Of a stretch of 64,000 nt of DNA, positions 33,101 through 44,000 are shown in pieces. The translations under genes were made by a program, and so were the position numbers. Under the pieces are notes generated by a model. The model made no database searches, was not told the origin of the DNA, and worked only from the letters and a program-made list of their open reading frames with translations. Position 1 is the first letter of the stretch. Each line of letters starts with the position of its first letter. This DNA is from Zootoca vivipara (taxonomy: Eukaryota), in the NCBI RefSeq assembly GCF_963506605.1, contig NC_083277.1, positions 41,912,001-41,976,000 of the forward strand, in the 5' to 3' direction.

Positions 33101-36100
33101 CAGCAAGAAATGCACTGTGTTGTGTGGCACAGCAGTGTCAAAGCAGGGCCACGGCAGGCTAGAAGGTGAACCAGGCTTCCCCTTATTCCTATGGAGCTCT
33201 TCTTTTCTTCCTTACCAGGTCAATAACGTTGGATTTCCAAAGCATACGGATATCTCTAAACTGCTTGAACATTCCCTTCAGGTTGACAATGATGATGGAA
33301 GCTAAAATGGCCTGAGGAACAAGGAAATTTCGAAGATATAATAGAGAATCGGCAGTATCATAACACCCACAGCACAGAAAACAACAGAAAAGCCTCAGTT
33401 TAAAGAGACTTTTATCGCATAGTCATGAAGTCTTCAAAGGGAGATGTGACTGTTTAGTCTTGCACTTAAACGATAGTTTTCTTCAATATTCTATGTGCCT
33501 CTCTGCTGCTGTTGTCTTTCACAGGCTAGATACATATAAAGACACCCCCCTGCCCCAATAGTTAATCCCACCAACAGGTAAAATGAAACAAACAGTATAC
33601 ACCTGTGCATGTTTACACAGAAATAAGTCCTGTCGGGCTTACTCCCGCGTGTTTAGGATTGTAGGCAAAGACTGAGAGCACCAAGTTTGTTTAACGTACC
33701 TTGGGCAGCTGTTCAAAAAGTGCCCCAATCTTCAAGATGGTCACTAGGAGGATGAGACAGGAGACCAGGGCAGCCACCTGCAGAGGAGAGCATAGAGATG
33801 AATAAGTGCAAGGCTGGATGGAGTAGAAAAGGGCAAACAAAACAAAACAAAGCACACACACACACCCTCCCTTTCTTAAACTACTGATGACATTCCATTC
33901 GTTTTCCTTGTGAAAAGCCTAGAGCTCCTCCAGATTTATCGAAAATTCCTCCTGATTGGATTGCACAAAGCTTCTGTTTCAGTGTATCTGAAGAAGTGTG
34001 CATGCAGCGGTGGAGCTTCATGCTCTGCCACCGGGGGCGGAGAGCAGGCGTGCTGCCCCCAGGGACGTGGCACGCGTTCTGGGGGCGGGGCGTGCATTTT
34101 GGGGGCGGGACGTGCCGCGCACAGGGGCAAGGTGTGCGTTTTGGGGGCGGGTCAGGCAGCCGCGATGGTGCCCCTGGGATCGCGCCGCTTGGAGTGGCCC
34201 GCCCCCACCGCCCCTATCTTCCTACGCCCCTGTGTGCATGCACACAAAAGCTCATACCAATGACTAACTTAGTTGGTCTCTAAGGTGCTACTGGAAGGAA
34301 TTTTTATTTTATTTTCATAGAATCATAGAATCATAGAGTTGGAAGAGACCACAAGGGCCATCCAGCCGAACCCCCTGCCAAGCAGGAAAATACCATCAAA
34401 GCATTCCTGACAGATGGCTGTCAAGCCTCCGCTTAAAGACCTCCAAAGAAGGAGACTACACTCCTTGGCAGCAAGTTCCACTGTCAAACAGCTCTTACTG
34501 TCAGGAAGTTCTTCCTAATGTTTAGGTGGAATCTTCTTTCTTGTAGCTTGAATCCATTGCTCCGTGTCTGCTTCTCTGGAGCAGCAGAAAACAACCTTTT
34601 GCCCTCCTCTATATGACATCCTTTTATATATTTGAACATGGCTATCATATCACCCCTTAACCTTCTCTTCTCCAGGCTAAACATACCCAGCTCCCTAAGC
34701 CGTTCCTCATAGGGGACCTACGTCAGACCAACACAGCTACCTACCTGTAACTGACATGGAGGTTAGACAATGCCTGGTCTTTACTCAGCATTCATTTTGA
34801 TTTGCTTGCAGGGTGTTTATATCCTGTTCCCATGAATCATTCATCCAGTGCATTTCCCTCTTGCTTTTCCAATTTGGAAAAGCCTGCTTCTTCTTCTTTC
34901 TTTTTTAAAGGGGGGGGGGCTTTGTTGCACTGGAGTGAGAGAGCGCTTTAACCCACTTTAATTGTGCAAAGCCATGTTTTCCGGAAGGTGCTCAAACCCC
35001 TCCTGAAAAACACTTGACAGCCTGGAGGCACTTGCCTTGCCCTCAAACTGGGTACTGTTCCCTGTGAATGGATAGCCAAACCATCCTCAGCACATCAGGT
35101 CATTTGTGCCCTATGTTCTGTGAAAATAATGGCAGGGAAGGGGGGAGATTTGAACTAGGCATTTGATGAGAGAAGAGGGACGACAAATCCTAGTTACCTA
35201 ACTGTTCCATTAGCTCGAAGTGAGCTCTCTCTGCAACCCCAGGAATGAATAGAAATAACAAAGACTGTGAAAACACTAAATCATATACAGTATATGCAAC
35301 TGGAGGGAATGGAATACATAACACATATGCAATTGTCTCTGAAGAGGCGAATAAGACTCAAAAAGTGCCAAGTTCAATGTGCAAAAAGTCCAATGTAATA
35401 AGGTGCTAAGGTCTCTCAGGAACCGTTGAGGTTTGTGAGCGTTTTCAGCCTCGTTAAGTTTTAGTGTATGAACATGTTGGTGAGTAACTTTTAGATATTA
35501 TCATGTTTATGTACTTAAAAGTGATATGTAAATGCTTGCAGAGTGTATTGTAACTATTACCTAAGATGAAGTCCGTCCCTTGAAGAAACTGTACCAGTGA
35601 AACGGGGAGAACACAAGCTAGCCGCCCGTCAGAAGACAGACGAGGACGTCTGAGAGACCTTAGCACCGTATTACCGTGTTGTCTGTTGTTTGTCGCCTCT
35701 CTGCAACCTCGGCTCCAATGCTCATCAGCTCGATTTAGAAACTGCTGCCTGCTCCTACCAGAAAAAAGCCGACATCTTACATTGGGGACGTACCTGGCTG
35801 TTGCCTCCAGTGCTCTCCTGCACAAGGGAGCGGGACATGGAGCAGCTGATGCTGTAACATTGGAAAAAACTGCCCATGAAGTTACTGAGCCCCAAGGCTA
35901 TCAGCTCCTGCAAGAGACACACCATGGAGAAGGGCTGAGAGTCTGTCTGCATGGCTCTGTGGTCCAGTTTCCCATTACACAGGGCTTGACACTCATAAGC
36001 AGGGTCTCCAAACTAAGGCCCGGGGGCCGGATGCGGCCCAATCGCCTTCTAAATCCGGCCCACGGACGGTCCGGGAATCAGCATGTTTTTACATGAGTAG

Positions 36101-39100
36101 AATGTGTCCTTTTATTTAAACTGCATCTCTGGGTTATTTGTGGGGCCTGCCTGGTGTTTTTACATGAGTAGAATGTGTCCTTTTATTTAAAATGCATCTC
36201 TGGGTTATTTGTGGGGCATAGGAATTCGTTCATTTCCCCCCTTCCAAAATATAGTCCGGGCCACACAAGGTCTGAGGGACAGTGGACTGGTCCCCTGCTG
36301 GAAAAGGTTGCTGACCCCTGCTCATAAGGATTGACTAGGATGTTCCTATTGTGCAGCCTGCTCCTTTAAGGGGTTCTGGCCCAAAACCAGTTTAAAGATC
36401 AAGGACCAAACACAGGCCTTGAAGATGCCCGTCAACAGCACCTGGACAGGAGACTGAGCAGGCCCACAGGTCATGGGATATGCGGCATTTCTGTCCAAAA
36501 TTAATACAATCATTTCTAAGTGTGCATATAGTTTTAAGATCTGCAAATTTTATGCACACCTGCGGCCTGTTTGGTCTTTTCTTTGGTTTCCTCACTTTGG
36601 TGGTGCATAAACGGCCAACCTGGGACTGACAGGCAGAATATGTGAATGCTCCCCAAATTGAAGACCCACTTGTATCATAAGTACTCAACTATCCAACGGT
36701 AAATTAAAACAGATGATAAGACGGGGGAGGGAGCCCAACTTCATCCAGAAGGAAGCACCTACAGATCAATCCACATCTGACACAAAGAAAATGTGTCATG
36801 CAAATACAATAACAATATTATAGCACAACAGTAGTTTTCAAGCTTTTCGGACTTAGGCCTCACTTTCAACCCAAACATGCATTAGGAGACCCATTTCTTA
36901 ATCTTTTGCAATATATTTTCATGGTGGTATGTCTCCTGCTGCAGCCCACCTAGGATCAGGGCTGTGACCCATTAGTGCAGGCATCCCCAAACTTCGGCCC
37001 TCCAGATGTTTTGGACTACAATTCCCATCTTCCCCGACCACTGGTCCTGTTAGCTAGGGATCATGGGAGTTGTAGGCCAAAACATCTTGAGGGCCGCAGT
37101 TTGGGGATGCCTACATTAGCGGGTCCTAACCTGCCAGTTGAAGACCAGTGTAGTACAAGACAGACAGAAAAGCCGTAATAAATGAAGGTTTGTGTCTGAA
37201 GCAAGTAATGTAAGCAATAACGTAAGTCTGAAGTAAGTATAATGTAAGCAATGCAAGTAAGTAATGCAATAATCCTAGCCAACACAAAGGACGTCCAATG
37301 ATCCAATCGCTCAAAACCGCATTACTTCACCGGCTGAACTTATCAGTTGTGCTGACTCATACTGACTCAGCAGAATGCTGGTCGTAAATCAGTTTCAGCT
37401 TATTACCGTAGTCACGAATTCCTGATAATCATATCCTGAAAATGCAAGGTAAGCCACATGTGAAGCAACACCTGTGCTCAGCAAACCCTCAGGAAAAAGG
37501 TTCTCCTGAAGCGCTCTCACCACCGAGTCTCCACCGTTCTTCACAGCTCTGCAGTGTCCACTTCCTCCACCCATCTCCAGGAAATACATAAGGGAAGGAA
37601 GGGCAGAGGGGTGGGGCTTTCATTCCGATGGAGTGGGATGCGGGAGTGGGGGAAAAGTAGATAGCAAAGGCAGAGAACGTGAAGCAGCGATAGGGTAAAG
37701 GTGAAAGTAATGTGTTATGTACTGAGCTGAATCCTAGAACAATAGGATTCAGAATCAGCAGTCTGATTGGTCCGCAGGAGCTACCCAATCCAACTCCAGG
37801 TGGAAGTAAATCCGCAACCTGATTGGCCTGCAGGAGCAGCCAATCAGGCGGCTGGCAGAAGTGAATCTGCAACCTGATTGGCCTGTAGGAGCAGCCAATC
37901 AGGCTGCAGGCAGAAGTCAATCCACAACCTGATTGGCCCACAGGTGTAGCCATGAAGTAGCCAATCACGCAAGGCCCATTGTGTAAATAATGTATATAAG
38001 CAGATGGTTTTGGGAAAAGAGCCAGCCTTCTCTTCTTCTCCTTGATGACTATGAGCTGAATAAAGAGCATGAAATTCACTCTCGACTCCGAGTATATTTC
38101 ATAATGAAAACCAGGAAGCCAGATAATGGGCAGAGCCTCCTTACCTGGTTGCTGTCCACTTTGTAGCCATGCTTGAGAGCAAAGATCTTGCCGAGCGAGA
38201 TGGCGATGACGTAGCTAACCATCGCGATGGCAAAAGCATTTCCTACCACCTTCTCAAAATAGTCTGTTTTGGGGGCCACAGGGGGTCTCATCCTGCAATA
38301 AGGAAACACAGGCGCAGTGAGGCACTTCTGGTCCACAGGCAACACGTGGCAAGGTGAGTGAGGAAAAGCTTAATACCTCCCTGAGCAGTTCTTCTCTACC
38401 TGGAGATGGGTGTGGGTTGAGGGGGCAGGAAAGGGAGCTCAGTTTAGTTTCCTTGGGCCCAGGGGTGAGGAATCTCTGGGTCATGGGCCTAACAGGCCTC
38501 CCCCATCTAGCCCGAGAGGTCATTTTGGCCAAGCCACACCCTTGCATCTAATGTCATATATCTGGCGTCAGGAGTGGGGCAGGAAAAGGTTTCACTCAGC
38601 CAAATTGTGTTTTGCAGGTACAACTGATTGGTTGATTGGTAGTGCCTGCAAAGCCCATTGCATAGGGCTTCACAAGACCTGCCAATTGCCAGCTCTTGTG
38701 CAGCCCCTTCCAAAGCACTTTGAGGCCCGTGTCTGTGCCTGCATGGTTTGATTTCAAACTATGCGAGCCAAAATGGGTAATAACAGGTTTTTTGCAAGCT
38801 CTCAGACCCAGCTAAATTAACCAGTGCACAATATGATCAAGTGAAAGTGTGGATGAACCCCTATTATACATTTTCACCACGAGGTCCCGGAGTGGGTTAC
38901 AAAATTAATATCCTCTTCAAACAAACAAGAAAGCCAACAAATATTTAAAACGACAGCACCATAAATTACAGTAGAATCATAGAATCATAGAGTTGGAAGA
39001 GACCACGAGGACCATCCAGTCCAACCCCCTGCCAAGCAGGAAACACCATCAAAGCCTTCTTGACATATGCCTGTCAAGCCTCTGCTTAAAGACCTCCAAA

Positions 39101-39898
39101 GAAGGAGACTCCACCACACTCCTTGGCAGCAAATTCCACTGCCGAACAGGTCTTACTGTCAGGAAGTTCTTCCTAATGTTTAGGTGGAATCTAAAAAATA
39201 GTAGGTCTAAAAAATATTTTCCAGCTGTCAAAGGCCAGGGAAAACAGGTGCACCTTTAACGATCGATTGTAGCTATAAAATGAAGATGCATCTCTCTGTC
39301 AGGAGGGACTCCAAATTCCCTCTCCCAGGACACCACCACCTGAATTTCTGAATACAGCAGAGCTAGCAAGAGAGCTTCATCTCCGCATCAACACATGGGA
39401 GGAGAAAATTGCATGTCCTAAGGTGGTTATGGGAAGCAGCTGGAGTCACTCACCCGCTGGGGATTACACCCACGATGCTAATCTCAAACTTTTCGTTCAG
39501 GTTGGCAAAGTAGGAGATCACTGTGGATATAATAATCTGAAAACAGGTGGCAGGGTGAGAGGAAGGACTTGGCCACATCTGAGCATCGTTTATAAGTTCA
39601 TCCACTCCCCCCCCCCATTCAAATTAGATCAGAGTAGTCCACACTCACATACATTTGAATTCGAGTTAAAAGGATCAACTTTGATCTTTCTCATTCATGC
39701 CAGTAGGCATTCCCTTTTGTGTTTGCCCTTGATTTGTTGATTCTATTATGCCTAGTAGGGACCAACAGGACATTTCTGCAGGTAGCTGTGTGCATGCCTT
39801 TAAAAAAATCCCCACCCAATAAGTGTAAAATCACAGTTGGGCAGTGGTAAATTTGCCTGTGTATTTTTCAGAGTTTGGGCAAATGTGAGGAATCAGAA

Positions 39899-39954
<56 letters not shown>

Positions 39955-40986
39955 TGTGTGATTTGCCTGTGCCGTAGTCTGGTTTTGTACAAATATGAAT
40001 GATCTCAAGAACTGTCACCTCTTCTGCTTCTAGTTTCTGATATCCAAAGGTCACAAGTCAACTCCTATTGGCAGATCCATGAGTAAATATGAGCAATTCC
40101 CACCCAGAGGTAGATGGGATGCTCTGGTCTAGTGAAAGCTAAATGTTTGTAGGATATTTGTTAGGGGAGGCAGGAGTTTTGTATGGGGGGGGGGGTCAGA
40201 ACTGATGTGATTGGTCAGTTAGTTAAGTGTTTCTATTGTTTTACTTGATCAAGGGGGGGGCAGCTGCCCCCCTGCCCCTCCGGCTACACCCATGTTTGTA
40301 GAATGAAGCTGATCTAGACTAGGATAGACTAGGATGCCCGACCACTTTCAGAGCCAACAGCTCTGCCTTGACTTTCCATAATGGATAATTGCTGGCTATG
40401 CAAATACAGTCAAAACGACTGAGTAGAGCCTCCCAAAATATGTGGGAGATCAAGACAATTTTGCCCATTTAACTAACCTGGACTGTGCTATATAAAGGAG
40501 AGAAAGCACCACCGATTCAATTCCAGAGAACTCTATGTAAAAAGTGAAGGTCCAGTAACATGGCTTTCAGCTTGTCATCTTCCATTACAGAAGATTCCCT
40601 GGGTTGCTCAACCACTGGATGCAGAGCAGGTAGGCGCTTTGGACCACCCCTCCCACAAACCTGGTACCCTCCAGATGTTTTGGACTCCCACTCTCATCAG
40701 CAGGCTGAGGCTGTTGGGAGATGTAGTCCAAAACATCTGGAACGGATTGCACCACGTTAGGCGTAGCTACCGTACTTTAGACACAGCCTTTTCGGTTGCA
40801 GCCCCCAAATCTAGAGCCACCTCTGAAGAGAGATATGCCTGGCCCTATTGTTATTCACTTCTGGCTAAGCAGCAAAAAGTGCTTTCATTTCAGCGGTCCT
40901 TATTAAAATACTGCTTTTTAATAAGAACTTAGCTCCTGCCGCTTTGTTGTTTTAGTTTGTTAGCCTTTCTTATAATTGTTAAACAT

Positions 40987-41033
<47 letters not shown>

Positions 41034-44000
41034 CTTATTTATACCCTGCCCATCTGGCTGGGTTTCCCCAGCCACTCTGGGCGGCTTCCAACAAAATATT
41101 AAAATACAATGGTCTGTTAAACATTAAAAGCTTTTCTAAACAGGGTTTAAATTCCATTCGTTTTTCTGGAGAGTTCTAAGGATTATTTAATAGCTACTAC
41201 ATTGTTGTTTGTTGCTAACTTACTGTTTGTGAGCCCAGGGACAGGGTAGAAATCCTAGAAATACGGAGAATAAATTACCGTGAGAAGCTCGATGGGGATT
41301 GGGATCAGAAGCCTCTTGCCAATTTTGTCATTGAGCAGCTTCACAAGCAGGATCGAAACCATGGCGATCACAGAAGTGACCAAGGTGCCCACGTTGGTAT
41401 TTGGCAATTTTGAGCAAACTTCTAAAAAGGTCTGTAGGGGAGGCACAAAGCAGGGGAAGTAATTGTGAGAGAATGAGCGGGGAGGAAATGTGAGAGGAGC
41501 AACCAGAGACCCTAATGCAGTGTAATGTTCGCTGCACTCACTTAACCTAAACTTGGGGACAAATATGTGTAAATAAACCATATTTCTTAAAGATACCACC
41601 ATTTCTGCTGTGCTTCAAACCATGACCGCTGGAATTTTGCTAATGCTCAGTGGTGATTGGGGTGGCTGGTCACACTATGGTTTGTGAATGATGCTCCTTT
41701 GATACAGACATGCTGATCTCTTTTATTGTGGCTTCCATTTTCAATGCTGCTTTCTTGGTTTGTCCTCCTTAGATTTCAATTGATTTGAATGTTTGTTTAT
41801 TGTTTAGATCCCATCTTTAAATAATTAAAAAGAAAATATTGCAAGGAAAAGCCACCAAGCAACAGCAATAAAAAGAGCCATGCCCACGATCAGTGGCAGT
41901 TATTCCTCGTAGCGTGGCATGCATAAAAGCCAACAGACGAACAGTTTTAGTACAGTATTCTAAAATCTTTTATATGCCTCCCTCCTGTGGGTCCATTGGG
42001 GAGGAAAGGAGGAGTATTAAAGGACTGCAGACAAAAGAAGACAAAGGATCCGACCCTTGTTGCTTAAAGTGAAGTGATTCTCCTCAATCCCCAATTGATC
42101 TTTGCTGTAAATTACGTTTCCATGAGACTTTCTCTACTGTGGCCACACTTTGCAACCATGGACAGTGGCAATGTCCTGACAGTGTCAACATTCCAGAGGA
42201 GAAAATAGGAATGTTTCATGTTTCACCCCCATTCCCGTATCAAGGCCTTGTCCACACCTCACCTCTCTACTCCCACTCCCCCCCCCCCAGGAAAACCTGT
42301 GGTTTACTACTGAACCAGACCAACCCACAGATTGCCATTTGTTTCGATTCAGTGGTAAAGATCATGTTCCTCAGGGGAAAGCTGTGGGGAAAAGCAAAAC
42401 TGCTCAGACCTGTGCCAAGGAACCTCAGAACAAGCGGAAAATTGCTTGGACCTGAACTTTCTGGGCATGGTCGTACCCAGGATCAAAACTGGGGGGGCAA
42501 GGGGAGGGGCCAAGGCACGGAAGGGGAGGGGCCACAAAGTGGGCGGGAACGGCGAACTCGCGCTCCGCCGGGCTGTGCCCCTCCCTAGAAGCAGGGCTGG
42601 TGGGCGGAGGCGGAGCCCAGCCCAGCGGAGCGCGAGTTCAGCGTTCCCGCCCGCCGCGCCGCGCTCTCTGGTTCCCCGCCGTGCTTGGCCTTGCCAGAGG
42701 GCGCGACGGGGAGCTGGAGGGAGGGCGCAGCGCGGCGGGTGGGAAGGGCGAACTCGCGCTCCGCCGGGCTGTGCCCCTCCCTAGAAGCAGGGCTGGTGGG
42801 CGGAGGCGGAGCCCAGCCCAGCGGAGTGCGAGTTCGGCGTTCCCGCCCGCCGCGCTCCCTGGTTCCCCGCCGCGCTTGGCCTTGCCTGAGGGTGCGCTGG
42901 GGAGCTGGGGGGAGGGTGCGGTGCGGCGCGGCATGGCAGGAATGGCGAACTTGCGCTCCGCCGGGCTGTGCTCCGCCTCTGCCCACCAGCCCTGCTTCTA
43001 GAGTAGGGCAGCTGCCCTAACTTGCCCCGTGGTGGGTACGCCCTTGTTTCTGGGTGCGGGACCAGCAGAATTGTGGAGGAGCCCTCTCTGCCGGACCCCT
43101 CTCTGACCTTCCTTGGTTCTTCTCTGACTGTTGTATTCATTTTCTTGGAAATAGGCTGCCCTGCCCTGACTATGGAAGCTAAGATATTTATTAGTAGGCA
43201 GACCACAACAGCTTCCTTCCTTCAAAGCTTAAGAATTTTTAATCTGACAGACAGTGTAAGTGTGCTTTTTATAGAACCACTGCGCCACAAATATCTTCAG
43301 AAACATTTACAGTCTTTATAGGGAGTTATGGGGAGCTAATAACAAGCACTGCTAATAACAAGGCCAGTGGAAGTGATGATATTCCAGCTGAACTATTTAA
43401 AATTTTAAAAGATGATGCTGTTAAGGTGCTACACCCAATATGCCAGCAAGTTTGGAAAACTCAGCAATGGCCAGAGGATTGGAGAAGATCAGTCTACATC
43501 CCAATTCCAAAGAAGGGCAGTGCCAAAGAATGCTCCAACTACCGCACAATTGCGCTCATTTCACACGCTAGCAAGGTTATGCTTAAAATTCTACAAGGCA
43601 GGCTTAGGCAGTATGTGGACCGAGAACTCCCAGAAGTGCAAGCTGGATTTCGAAAGGGCAGAGGAACCAGAGACCAAATAGCAAACATGCGCTGGATTAT
43701 GGAGAAAGCTAGAGAGTTCCAGAAAAACGTCTACTTCTGCTTCATTGACTATGCAAAAGCCTTCGACTGTGTCGACCACAGCAAACTATGGCAAGTTCTT
43801 AAAGAAATGGGAGTGCCTGATCACCTCATCTGTCTCCTGAGAAATCTCTATGTGGGACAAGAAGCTACAGTTAGAACTGGATATGGAACAACTGATTGGT
43901 TCAAAATTGGGAAAGGAGTACGACAAGGTTGTATATTGTCTCCCTGCTTATTTAACGTATATGCAGAATTCATCATGCGAAAGGCTGGACTAGATGAATC

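Larger units (their letters stand above)
33893..34751 (+). mobile_element. Penelope-like copy interrupted by a hAT MITE and a CR1 fragment
   Basis: gtatctgaagaagtgtgcatg...cacacaaaagctcatacc...tcagaccaacacagctacctacctgtaac, split into three pieces; left boundary uncertain. Confidence 0.7.
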
